Shown: positions 38,397-51,461, counted from the stretch's first letter. The stretch: 64,000 bases of DNA from Vitrella brassicaformis CCMP3155 (GCA_001179505.1 CDMY01000223.1:62001-126000), one strand, 5' to 3'. Program-made: numbers and translations. Notes: a model not told the origin generated them from the letters alone.

Positions 38397-39307
38397 CCGT
38401 ATCAAAGAAACAGTATGTGTTCCTCATCCACACCCTTGCACTGACCCAGTTGTGATTGATGGCCATGCAGTCCGTTTCATTGCACACCTGGTGATACCAC
38501 CCGCCAGGCACAAACACAACATCGCCTCCACAGCTCTCAACCTCCACATACGGCGCACGGCTGACATCCGGGAACTTCCTCTTGTCGTAGCTCCTCAGGT
38601 CGGGCACGAGGGATGTCCCTGACGCATCCATGAGCATGTGGGCGTCGTCTGGATCGAAGAAGCGCCACCGTTTCCTGCCAACGATATTGGCTGACCAGCT
38701 GTTGCTTCCCAGCACATCCATATGGATCGGCGTCGTCGTCCCTGCCTTACCTGCATGAGGTGCAGGACCGAAAGCCATATGCGCAAGGCATACTTGTGAG
38801 TTATGTGCTGTGCTCACCCCAGTAGACGAATCGATAGTCCTCAGAAGGCTGCAACCGGTATTTGTTGAGCCAATCGTCAGCAAAGAAGCTCGGCACGGGA
38901 TAGAGAGAAGAAGAGTCGCCCCTGAGCACCTCCTCGACGTAGCGCCAGTCCTTCAGATAGAGCAATGGATCGTCATCAGCCTCGCCGCGGCGCTCCCAGT
39001 AGTCCAGGAAGGCGTGCAGACCCATCTCCTCGCACTCAAACCCATCACCAATTCGACATCTCTCCACAGACACAGGCACATCAGCATGCTCACGCCGAAG
39101 TCGTTGGATGTCAGGCACGCCATCCTTCTGCCACTTTGCAGCCGCCGGCCAACCCTCTGCAAGGCCACGCAGCACCACAGGCACCCGGGGAGCCATGAAC
39201 TTTTGTACGAATGACTCGTAAGTGAGCCGGGATGGGTCGTCGACGACGTGAATCTGACGGGGAGTGCGTTGAGGACGAACGAAAGCGGAGATCTTTTTGG
39301 ACCACAT
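37702..39307 (-). CDS. JMJD4: JmjC-domain 2OG/Fe(II) oxygenase, JMJD4-like
   Basis: LTYESFVQKFMAPRVPVVLRGL, LYLKDWRY, FADDWLN, DYRFVYWG, TPIHMDVLGSNSWSANIVGRKRW (HxD), VFVPGGWYHQVCN, AINHNW. ATG at 39307 preferred because the longer ORF start overlaps the opposite-strand gene. Confidence 0.88.
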
Positions 39308-39359
39308 CCCATCAACAAGTGCGTTTACGATGGGAGGGGGAGGCGAATGAGAGTTGACG

Positions 39360-42300
39360 ATGAAGGCGGTGGTCCGCTTGACGTCGGCGTCGGAGCCCGG
39401 TATCAGCCAGTGCACATCAGCGGATGGCAAGAGTCTCCATCTGCCGTCCGCTCATCAGCGGACGGCCAGCGACGTCGACAGGTGATAGTTGGATAGATGA
39501 ATGCTCATGGCCGCGTTCGTGCACGTGTGGCCTTGTTGTTGTTGGTATGCAGGTATGACTTTGACCGGATATACAAGCCCTCGACGGACCTGGAGGTGCT
39601 GTATCAAGATGGTGTGGCGTCGCTTCAGCAGTTTGCACACAAAGGGGAGGTGAGCACATCTTTTCCATCCATCCATCCATCTGTGCCTTGATGCCTGTCA
39701 GCACAACGCTATCATCCTTATCGGCCCGCCGGGGCAGGACAGGGTGATGAGAAAAAAGAAAGACGGCACACACATCCCTCCCTCCGTGCATCGCAATGCT
39801 TGTCCTCTCCTTGCACAGGGATGGTTCGTAGAGGGCCAGGATGGCAGCGAAGGGCCAGGTAAAAAGGCCGTACTGACATTCCTCTATCAGCGTTTCAATT
39901 GCATTCATTCCTCCTTGTTTCCGTCAAGGTTTGTTCCGTCGGTGCCTGCAAGGCCTCATATCCGAATCGCAAACACAACAGACCGACGCACCACTCACCG
40001 TCACACTCACATGGTCCGCCAGCACACCACAACACACAGCGCAATGATGCACGGACACTCCAGATGCCGCCCTCTCTATGGTTCTGTCTGTTAGGTGTGG
40101 TTTCGTTGGCGAGCGCATTGTGGACATTCTGGCGTCTCTCAACACGCAGCGGCCGCAGGGCCGCCTGCAGGTGGTGGAGGATGCGCAGAGGGGCACGGTG
40201 GTGGAGGGCCTAGAGGAATACCTCGTAGACGACCTGGACGCCATCAGCGGAGCATTCGCCAGTAAGCAACGTGGAATAAGAGGTGCTGCATACCATTGCT
40301 CGGCATGTCGTCTGGTGTCAATATTCATTCAACTTATTGCAGATGTCCGTGAGGTGAGTGCGCTGGGGCACTGCAGCCATCACGTGCTGACCATTCACGT
40401 GTACAACCCCTCGGGCACTCGGAGCCAACATGGGTCGCTGCGGTTCGCATCTATAGGAGAGGTCAGTCAGCCAGGCAGGCAGGCAGGCAAAGGGGTTGGC
40501 TTCTTGTAGGGTCTTTGCTCACACAGCCATGCTGTTCTGTCTGTCCTGCAGCAAGGTAGTGGTGCTGAGGAGTTCAGCTCATGTGAGCTTCCTCCGCCGT
40601 ATCTGTATGAGTCCCAGACGCCCCCATGGGCGTGTCTGCTGGCTGTCATCCCCTCCATCGCCCCCGACCTGCCCATCCCGCCCATCCCACTCACACACCC
40701 ACTCACGAGGCTGCTCACAAAATGGTCAGCAAAATCCCACAACACGCGCAAGACTCCAGGGCACATGAGACTGTCTTCCTGCCTTTCTGCCTGCGCGGCG
40801 CCTTCCTCTTCAGTTTCAGCGGCGGTTATCGGACTCTTCTGATCGTGTCGGCCCCTGACAGCCTCGCTCAGCTCCCCCGTAGCGCCCCGCTCCTCCGGGC
40901 GGGTGCAGCCCTCCGTCTCGCATACCGAATGCGAACACACGCCCGCCACCACACCGCCAAGGACCGACGCCCCAAGCCAGCAAAGGAGCAGCCGGCGGTC
41001 CACATGGCTTCGTCGAGCCAGAGCGAGACCGTGCAGCAGACGGACGTGACGTCATGTCTGTCGACCGCATCTGAGGACGTCATGAGTCGAGATGGCGCCA
41101 AGGGGCCGAGGGGGGAGGACGGGAGGGCTATCGGGGGAAGAGGCGAGGGAGAGGCGTCGACGCAGCCGGCTGTCGTCGGTGGGGCTGAGGAGATAGCATC
41201 TGGCCATCGGTTCCTGAGGACGGAGGTGGGGCGTAGATTTCGCGTGGGGACGATTGAGACAGTTTCGCCAAAGAAAGAAGACCGCACACGGCCAGAGCAG
41301 GAGGGGGAGGAGTGCGACAAAGGCGGCCAGCAACCATCGGAAGCGGCCAATCAGACGGCGAGCGACACCCCAGCTCCCGTGCCGCAATACGTGCTGCCCC
41401 CACGGCCGCCATCTGAGTCAAGAACACGTCTCCCTCTCGGCCCTCCCATCCCCAAGAGCCCCAGCTCTCCCGCGCAGGGAGACGCCCTGCTGGCCAGTGT
41501 GCATCGGCTGATCAAGAAGCACGATGCCGCCTACAGCCCCCACCACCAGATACCCCTCACGCCACCCGTCAAGAGCAATGGTGAGGACCAGCCCATTGGG
41601 CCCAAGCCCAGGAGCCGGCTGTCGCTGCCGGTCGCCAGGGGAGTGGATTTCACTGCACATGAGGAGCAAGGTGGAAAGGAGACATGGCCAGTGGTGGACA
41701 ACGGCGGCCCTGTGAAGCTGCAACAGGGGACCCCTTCCATCCCACTCACTCCCCCCACCCTGCGCGACGGTCGACGCTTCTCCTCTCCCCCTCTCCCTGA
41801 CGAGGCGGCCCATGGTGCCCAGGAGCCACCGATGTTTGCTCAGCACGGTGCCCTCCTGCCAAGCATGCCCGCTTTCACCTATTCTGGTGGTGATGGCGGG
41901 ACAGCAGGGGCGTATGCACGGCTGGTAGAAGCTGCTACTGCAAAGGGGCCCAAGGGGGATGAGGGCGGGTCGGAGAGGGCGGTAGAGGACGTGCTGCCCA
42001 AGGGCGCCCGGCTCCTGCGGGCGGCATCGGCTGACGGGTAAGTGCTGGCCTCATCTGTTCATGTGTCGATAGCAATTGTATCCGTGTCATTGTTTCATTG
42101 TATGTGTGTGTCAGTCGTCGGTCTCTGCCCCGCACGTATGCCGACTTCCAGAGGAGCAGCCCAGTGGCGTCTCAGGCCTCATCCACACCGCCCAAGGACG
42201 CACCAAGAGCACTTCCCAGACCCAAGACAGCTGCCCCACCCAAGTACACCAAAAAGCCTGCCTGCCACGTTCCATCACCCGATTGCTCTCCTTTGTCTGC

Positions 42301-44900
42301 GTGCAGGGCTGTGGTGTCTCCGAAGGTGACGCCCTTCGTGCCTCCTGGGTGGCATGTGCGGAGCACGGAGGGACGGACAGGGCCGCCATCGTGGTGACAC
42401 AGACAGCAAAGGATAAAAGGTGATGGCATTGCGTCCTTGTGTTGGTTTGTGCAGCGCTTCGAGTGTAGTGGATGAGCTGCCCAAGCGTCGCGCGAGCGTG
42501 GGAGGGAACGACGCCGCCAAACGGAGTGCGTCCATCGGACCTGTGGGCGTAAGGCAAACACATCACCGTCGCATCACCGCCGGTACTGCGATCTTCATCT
42601 GTTTGTGTGTGGCTATCAGTTGCCGCCGCCCAAGGACACCAAGGCGGATCTGAAGGCCCAGCTGGCCAAGGCACACAAGGAGTTGAAGGAGTTTCATACG
42701 TACAAGGAGGCCATGGAGGCCACACTCACAAGAACCAACACACAGGTGACTTCTTCACAGACGCGACGCGACCCTCCACACATGATCACTCGTCTGTCTG
42801 CCTGCCTGTCTGTCTGTCTGTCTGTCTCCCTCATATGCAGCTGAAGGCCACCCGGCAGAGTCTGCAGGCAGTGCAGAAGCAGGTAGGCTGACGAGCGATG
42901 GCAGCTGTCAAATCAGTTTGCCCCGAACGCATTCACGTGCCCTGGCCTCTCTGTCAGGTGCATGAGAAGGGCATCGCAGTTCGCCGGCTGACCAAGGGCA
43001 TCCAGGACAGAGACAAACACATGGCCGCACTCAAACTGGAGGTCAGGGGAACAAAACCAATCACGCTCCTTCCCTTGGCCAACGAGGGTCCTTCTGTCTC
43101 GTGTGTATGGGTGCAGTTGGAAGAGAATCTCGTTCTCCAACAGAAGATAGAGCGAGCGGTCAGCCGACAGCAGGCACAGAAGCTGCTCACGCCATGACTT
43201 GTATCCTCTACTCTCTCCCATGAAGGCCCAAGCTGAGATAGGGACCCTCCGTCGCGAGAAGGATGCCCAGATACGGCAGCTTCGCGAGCACCTGGCATCC
43301 CAGGGCCAAGACGTAGCGGAGAGGGAGGCCGCACTCGAGGTGCCCCGCGCACAAAGGGCAACCAGGAGAGGCACTGTGGCCACCGCCGGTTCTTGTCATT
43401 TTTGTTGGTGCAGGGTGAGCATGCGTCTCGGCAGGAGATGGTCGTGTCGATGACGGTGCAGATCGACCGACTTCAGAAACAAAACCAACAGCTCATGGTG
43501 AGACGAATGGAAGAGCCGCCTACAGGAGGGGCATTGCTGATCTCTTCATGCGCCCATTCTGCCCTGTAGGCCGCTCTCCACATCCGAGAGCAACAGCTCA
43601 AGTAAGCATACTAGATGGCCCATCAGTACAATGATGGAATGCGCATTTCTGTTACTTCAGTTGGCAGCAGACGATGTCTCAGTATCTGCACGACCAGGTA
43701 CATGCCCTCAAGACGGGCCAGCCAGCCCCACCATCCCCTGCATTCCCGGCACCGCCATCGCTCCATGGCTTGCCCTCACACTCCAAACTTCCAATCGCCT
43801 CTCTGCTCGACGTAAGACCAGAACAATCCACAAAGGATACGGCATCTTAGTGTCTCCTGTACGGCTTTCAGGTGGACCAAGAGTTGTCGGGTATAGCTGC
43901 GCCTGTCGACCCCACGCTTTCCCACTCCCACTACTCCCGTCACAGCACTCCCGCGGGCCGTCGGGCGTCCCTCCCAGCCAGCCGCAGACCAGCAGTCGCC
44001 AAAGTGCCCCTGCCACCAGCAGGGCCCAGCAATCTCATCCCATCAGCAGCCGCCCGCCGATCGGTCACTCCATCTGCTGCTGCATCCAAGAGAGCCATTC
44101 CTCCGGCAGCAGCCAAGGCCAAAGGGGCAGCGGGGAAGGCCACGGCGGCCGCTCGATCCAAATCTGTCGGTCCAGCTGCGCGGCGAGCTGCGTTGAGGGC
44201 GGGAGGGATGCGGCCGGCTTTGCCGAGGGACATTCCGGTGCAGGTGCTGGTGCCTCCAGTGCGGCAGATGGGGCCATCCGTAGAGGCGCCATCCCACCAA
44301 GACGAACGAGCGGAGAGTGCCGAAGCGGCTGGAGCAGAGCGAGAGGATTACCTGGCAGCAGATCAGCCTGTTGCTGCCCTCCCCCCTTCTGCGGCGAGTG
44401 TGATCGAGGCGCATCCCCTCGTCCCACCAATTGTCGTCGGCTCGGGCACCACGAACATCAGCGGCGCAACACAAGCCAGCGCCACCCAGACGACCGGCGC
44501 CAACACGCCCCAGGCCGCCGCCCCGTCTCTGCCACCAGTCCCTCACGGCCAGCCTTGCCCTGTAGCTCTTGCAGTGGATCGGTCCGCAAGTCCCCCACCC
44601 CTTTTGTTTCAGCGAGTGGACACCTACACCCAGCCGCGGATGGAGGTGAGGCTCACGCCACGAGGGCCGCCCAGAGAGAATGACGAGGGGAACGGGAGGG
44701 AGGGTGGGTCGGCTCGCGACCTTGCGCGTGAGATGCCCGACTCAGGGGGATCTCCGCTGTCTGAGCGGCGGGCCATGCGGAAGAGGGAGATGGCCATGGC
44801 GGCAGCACAGAGGGCTGCTGGTGGGGAGCTGAGTGAGGCGGGAGGGAAGGACAATGGCGAGGCGTATCGCACCAGAGATGTCGAGGACATGGCGCTCTGA
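39360..44900 (+). CDS. Degenerate kinesin motor domain (pseudo-kinesin) + Pro-rich linker + coiled coil + low-complexity tail
   Basis: Spliced: MKAVVRL...DR|YDFDRIYK...KGE|HNAIILIGPPGQDR|...|GLFRRCLQGLI...VTLTW|CGFVGERIVDIL...RLQVVEDAQRGTVVEGLEEY...SHHVLTIHV...GSLRFASIGE|...PIPLTHPLTRLLTK|...RTLLIVSAP. Kinesin elements are in the correct order with catalytic motifs altered. Confidence 0.75.
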
Positions 44901-45071
44901 TGCATGCTCGTGACTGATGAATCAATGCGTGATGAATCAATGCGTTTGCGTGAACCGTAGAGACGGATTGCAATTGACGGATTGTTTCCCTTTTGCTCCG
45001 CATGCAACGTAAATCTCCACACTCTAAGCTCGCGTCAGGCGGAGGAGGAAGGGAAAGGAGAGGAAGGCGCG

Positions 45072-48000
45072 ATGGCCTCCGACGAAAACCTCTGGCAGCC
45101 GACAGAGCGGCGCAGGCATGATTCATCATTGACTCTCTATCTTCTGGTGTCGGCCCCCCACTCGCTGCTGGTGGCCTCTACACCATCTTGTGCTTGAGAT
45201 CCAACAACGGTGAGCGCATCACACGGTCAATGACGCGACCCTACAGACAGCCACTGCTTGTGCTCTGTCGTCTGTGCCGTGTTTGACTCAGATCCGTCGC
45301 TTGTCGCATCTTCTCCTTCGTCTCTCAGGAGAGCTCAAGGCCAGTGCGAGGGCGATGAGTGCGCTGAGGGCGAGCAGAGCGTCCTCCTGTCGGTCTCTGG
45401 CTGCCGATGCATCGACGAGACCTGTCAAGAGGTGGAGCTTCTGAGCGGCGAATTCGAGCGCTACTGCCGCGTCGAGAAGGAGGACTGTTACGTGGACGGC
45501 TGCACATGCCAGGGGCCGATCTTCGGCCAGTACATCGATGCGTGCGGCTTGACAGCCTTGACTGGGCCAATCGGTGCGGCGGATGAAGCAGAGGAGCTGG
45601 ACCATCCGACTGTCTTGTTCTCGTTGACCGGCTGTCCATGCATCGAGAGGAGCTGCCAGAAGGAAGGCCTCGACATCCCCGGTCTGGAGCGATTCTGCAT
45701 GGTTCGACAGGAGGACTGCAACAAGGGTCCATGCAAGTGCATAGGGCCCACGCTTGGCCAGTACTACGACGCGTGCGTCGAGGGTGGCATCGAGCAGGTA
45801 TTAACCAACGGCGGCTGCCGGTGCATCGACGAGTGCCGGAAGCGGTCGTCAGACGATAAACCCACGTGCCGGATCCATCCAAAAGAGCATTGTGAGGACC
45901 AGTCGGAGAGTGGCTTGTACACATTGCCCGAATGCGACAGTCCCGCGTGGGAGTACCAGCTGAGGCCGCCCACCTTCTGTGCGGGAGTGGCAGAGCGCCT
46001 CAGCGGCACAAGGAAGGCACACTGGACGCATCTCGTGTATATGAACGCGGTGAGAGTTGCCAGAGAGATGCGCGCGCTCCCTCCCTCCCACGTGTTCATG
46101 TGTGTCTGTGCGGTCGTCATCAGGACAATAAGTTGGAGAGCTATGCCATGAGTGACTTGAAGAAGATGCTTCAGATCCCCGAGGGCGACATCAACCTGCT
46201 TGTGCTCGTCGACCGCGCCGACCCTGAAGTCGAGGACTCATCCCACCGGGCGATTCACGATATGGTCATCTGTCCAAATGCCACTCCCGGAGAGGTCACT
46301 GCCAGAGACGTATGCATGCACACGCGCCCAGGCATCTCACATCGACCGATAGACGAGCATGAATACCTTGTCCCTTCTGTATTTGGGTGGCGTCGGTTTG
46401 TTCAGGCAAGGCAGCAGTTTTCCGGGGCATATGAGCTGCTGATGATCGGCGATCCATACGAAAACGAGAACAGCACCAGCCGGCGCCGCTGGCTTCTCAA
46501 GAGGGACTTAGGCGAAATCAATATGGACGAGGGGCAAGTGCTCCGGGTGAGTGACACGACAAGCCGTCAACACGTGCCCGTTCCTTCTGCATGTGTGTGT
46601 GGTGTATGCAGGAGTTTATTGTGGGAAGCTTGAAGGATTTTCCCGCAGAGCACTACGCCCTCACTTTTTGGGATCATGGCGTCGGCCGGAAAGGGTGGAC
46701 TACCGCGGACAAAAAGAAATGCATGTATCAAGAAGCATGGGTGGACCGTGTGTGTGCAGTTTCGGCGGCGATTCTAGCCATGGTAACTGGGATTCGCTGA
46801 TGAGCCTCTGGGATCTAGAGACGAACATCAGAGTAAGCAACATAGACCATTTTACGCCATGGATCTTTCTTTCCTCTTACATCGAGCTTGTCTTGTCTTG
46901 TCTTGTTTCGTTATCCCAGGAAGGCGTTAAGGACGCGGGCATGCCTGACGACTTCCGCTTCGACCTGCTGTCATTCGACGCATGCCTGATGGCATCGTAC
47001 GAAGTCACAACGGCCCTCGCATCGCAAGGACACTTCTTTCTCAGTCGGTGAATAGCACCCATATCATTCACAGACAGTTAGTCAGAATCATGTCTGTTTT
47101 CAATACCAATCATGGCCCTCCTTCTCTTCTGCCTGTTCGCATGCAGGCAGCGAGACCCTTATCAGCGGCACTGGCTGGGACTGGAAGTCGCTGAGACCCA
47201 CACAGCCGAACGGCCAAGCGACTCCTCCGTTGGAGTACGTCAAAAAGATCGCCCTAGCGACGATGGACTACTACGTGCGCAACGAACGCCTCATGAATCT
47301 CGCCATTGTGGACCTCTACAAGATCCTTGAGTTCCGCCAAGCCTTTTCCCAACGCCAGAAGACGCTGACCAAACGCCTGCACGATTGCGTCGATACGAAG
47401 GAGGTCGATCGCATCCGGACGGCTTACCAGAGGGCCGACGACAGCCTGCGAGGCCGCCAGGCGTCGCTATTTAGCGGGGAGATAGTGAATCCGGTGGACA
47501 TGGGTATGCTGCTGCAGTATCTGGAGGCCGAGGTGGAGCGGGTGATGCCTGCCGACGAGCTCGATTCTTTCTCTTTCAAGGTACACGAAGTAGAGTTAGT
47601 GTAGAATGCATGGGTGAATGGACAAATGTGTTCTCAGGACGCCATCAAGAAGTACACCGAGAGCATCGTCTACTTCAATGGCTCGGACAACTTCGGCAAC
47701 ATCCCCCTGACCGGTGAGGGAGTGGGGATATGGGTAGGTTCATGAAGCAAGCTGCAGTGTAGATTGTCATTCATGTCTCGTGTTTGTCAGGTTTGCACGC
47801 TGATTTGACTCTGGAAGAGCCGGTCACTTCCCGCTTGCTTGAGGCAGATGAGCATTCCACCAGCGAGGCGCCGGCATCTGATGCTCGCCAGCTGCAGGAC
47901 GACGACGCCAAATGGGGAGCAAACATCGTAAGACACCACCACGTGCACTGGACAGGAAGCGAGAGCACGTTCTGATTTGCTCTTCTTTGTACCTCGCTTC

Positions 48001-49435
48001 ACAGACCGACGACCCGAACTGGCAGAAGACCGGCACGCCGACTGACCTGAGGGTCCTCCTCGAGCCCATCCGCGACACCAAGCGCGTAGTGTGCCGTGCT
48101 ACAGTGGGCCCACCAGAGGCTCAGCCTACGTTCGAAATCATCAATACCACCCTCTATCTCATGACTCCGCCACGCTATCGGATCGAGATCTTCAGGAACA
48201 CAACCAGTGGGGCAGCCTCATACACGGTTAGGCCAAGAGAATGAAAAGACCTTCCTATGCAGGGGCTGAATGAGTGCGTCGTTGTCTCGCTTCAGGCGCT
48301 AAAAGCAATCATGATCCAGCCCAGATCCGAGGGCGCCAGGTTCCGCAAGGCCTTTGTGGTGACGGCGGAGGAGTCGCTTGAGACCGAGGAGATTCGGGAG
48401 GAGGAGGGCGCTCATCCTGTAGACCGCGTGGCGGCCGAATGGGAGGGCGAGGGGTGGATCCTCCATCAGAACATCTGGAAGGGCATCCGGGCCTCCCTGA
48501 CACGGCACGACTGCGACATCACACCTGGGATCAAAGGATGTCCCGCAGGATTCGCCCGAGTAGTGCCCCCACGATCGAGTCCGGCCATCAATGAAGGCAC
48601 CGACCGCACCTTTACCCGCCGGTGTGTGTGGCTGACTGCGCTGGCGCCTCCTCAAAGACAGGGCGCGACTCGACGACCCCTGCAGATCCCCGCCCGCCTC
48701 TATCGGAGTTTCCTCGACTTCATGCGCGTGAAGGACGCTCGTAACGCCACTTTGGTGATTGACTACGATGCCAAGAGTCCCGACAAGAGCCGCCTGTCTC
48801 TCTTTGCTGCCAATCGCTTTGGCGTTGAGGCGGAGGTGTCTTCGCGTGATTGGGGGCTGATCGAGCCGCTGCACACGTACGTCAATCTCACCGAGGTGGA
48901 GGGGCCGGGTCGATACGACATGGCCGGCAACGGGGGCCTGCAGCGGGGTCTGCCGTCATGCGCGGCATTCATGTAAGCGGAGGGAGGGGGGGAGGGAGAG
49001 AGAGGCAGATGCACAACACAAGTGCACACATCGCTGCAGGTGGGGCTCTGATTCTGAAGCGACGCATCCTGAGGCCGACGAGATCGAGGTGTTGCAATGG
49101 CCGCCCACGGGCAGGGAGACGACTGAGGGTCAGTCAGACAGACAGACAGACAGATGAACAAGTGGCTGCATGCGGTTGTTCATCTGTGCATGTGGTCGTC
49201 AGGGCGTGTGCTGGGCATCACAGCCGAGGAGCAGCTGGCCAATCCAAGGATGGTCGGTGCGTTCGCGGCCGTCTCCCCGGCCAACGCTCGATGCGAAGAG
49301 TTCGAGAAAGCCCCGGCTATGTATTGCAAGATATGCGACACACTGTCGGAGCTGGACGAGTGTGAGAAAGAGGAGGGCCTATTTGGGTGTGAGGGCATCT
49401 GTGCACACAAATGTGACGGGAAGCCGTGTGCGTGA
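45072..49435 (+). CDS. Clostripain-family (peptidase C11) cysteine protease with N-terminal Cys-rich repeats and a Cys-rich C-terminus, multi-exon
   Basis: WTHLVYMNA|DNKLE...DLKKM, LLVLVDR, HYALTFWDHG (catalytic His), FGGD, FDLLSFDACLMASYEV (catalytic Cys), SETLISGTGWDW. The 5' end is unresolved; the first certain exon starts at 45292. Confidence 0.85.
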
Positions 49436-49925
49436 GTGCGTCTCTGTAGCTGTGTGGCGAAGCGAGCGGTCCCCATCGGCACTCACGCAAAGCAACCGCT
49501 GCTGAGAGAGTGCCTTCTTCGGCGAAGGCGACCGTCTGAACCGCCATTCTTCGTCACCGCGTTATGGTGCGTTATTTTTCGCGGTTGTGCTCCATCATTT
49601 AAATGAGAGAAGAGGTGTGTCGTGTGTGGTGTGTCGTGGGCGGTTGTGCCGCGTTTAAGTGAAGAGGTGCCATGTGCTATATCGCCGATCGCGTGTTGTG
49701 TGTGTGGTATTATCGCATCTCATTATGTTTTGGCTGCCGCAGAAGAGCCGTTGGTTGCCACGTGACTTTGTTTTCATCCATCCATACATGAATGCATTTG
49801 TGCGTGTGCATGTCATGGACACACAAGGGTCTCAGAAAAGCAATCATCTGTCTGTCTCTCTCTGGACAATACCGGGATCAGTGTACACGCAACCCACACG
49901 CACCGTCAGTCGCCCGCTCATTCAC

Positions 49926-51461
49926 TCACTCACTCATCATACTTGACCTTTTCTTCCTCTTTCTCTTTGACTTGCTGCCCTCATTCTCCTCTGCCTCCCA
50001 CGAATGCACGCTACCTGGGTCATCCACAGCACCCTCACCCCTCACCCCCGGAAGCCTCAAAGTGAAGCCTAGGTCATTCGCAAGTGCATCACGCTTCTGC
50101 ACGGCGAGGATGATAGCCGTCCGCACGCCCTCCACCGTCATCTCTGTAATGCGGATCGACCCGCCCGGCACGTTGTTGGCCTTCCTCTGTTGACCGTACT
50201 TGTTGACGATCTCACGCGACAGGTCGGTGGTCGATATGCGGATCTGGAGGTAGAAGTAGGAGGTCGTGCCTTTGGAGTCTAGGTTGATCAGCTGCACGCC
50301 CCTCTGGCCCGTCTTGCGCCCCGCCGTCGGCTTGCCGATTCGCGGCATCAGGTCAAGCAGGTGTCGCGTCAGAGTCGACATCTGGTGGGGGTCGAGCTCC
50401 GTAGACTTATTGACACTGCTGCAGGTGGTGGTGTTGACGAAACTGACCAGCTCCTCGAGCGGCGGCGCCCAGTTTCTTGGCGGGGGCTGAGAGGGGTGGG
50501 ACGGCTGGGGGAAGGGGGACGGCCGAGAAGGGGGCGGGGGGGTTGGCTGGGGGAGGTGTGGGAGGGAGGACGCACCCAGGGAGAGGGGAAGGGGGCCCCC
50601 CGTCTGAGCCGGTGGCCAAGGGCTGAAGCCGTCGGGAGGTCCCGCCACCCACCCATCGATGGAGCCACACGGCCACAACTCTGAGAAATTCATGGACACA
50701 AGCGGGGATGGTGTTCCTGCATGCGGCCCATGTTGTTTGTTTGTTTGTTTCCCACTCACTCACTCACTCACTCACTCACCTGGCGGCAGTCCTTCCGGCC
50801 ATCCACCGAGAGCAGCCCACGCGCTGGCGAGCAACTTCATCTTCTCCGGATCCTCGTCCTCACCCTCACCCTCGTCGCCGCTATTCTCGCCAGCCTCCAA
50901 CGGCACATCCGTGTGCACCTTGAGATCTCCAACTGCCTCGGCAGGGAAATGATCCAACAGCCTGTCCGCTGCCGCCTTGGCTGCCCGTCTCCGTCTGACG
51001 GGCACCCTGTCCGAGCCGCTCCTGGACCTCCCCACGCGCCGCTTCTTCTTCTCTGGCATATCATCGTACCACAGGGGCCGCACCGACACGTTGCGGCGGG
51101 ACCGGCGACGCTGACCCTCCTGGTGGTGGGTGTCAGGCTTATCGTGACGCTCCATTTCTGCATCCACAGGGTCGACGGGCGAGGCTACCGGCAGCGAGGG
51201 GGAGGGCCCCGACTGCTGCTGCTGATGCTGCTGCTGCTGCTGCTGTTGGCTATGCGAGCAAGATAGATCAGGCGATAGTGATACAGACACACCTGAACAA
51301 ACAGCATACAGCAGACAGACATGTCCATCAGTGGACCCTGACTGTCGCAGTGCGTTGTGTGGCTGACCCGGGATGTTGGTATCGGTGTTCGTGCTGCATG
51401 TCATGTGGTTGTGCAAGGCCGGAGGGTCGTTGATGGACCCCAATCGAGGAATGCTGGCCAT
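49926..51461 (-). CDS. Nuclear-type protein with polyQ, basic stretches and a possible divergent AP2-like DNA-binding domain
   Basis: Two large exons. GQRGVQLI...SYFYLQIRI...GSIRIT...VEGVRTAIILAVQKRDAL resembles three strands plus a helix of AP2. NLS-like KKKRRVGR and KSKRKRKKR. Domain call is tentative. Confidence 0.5.
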
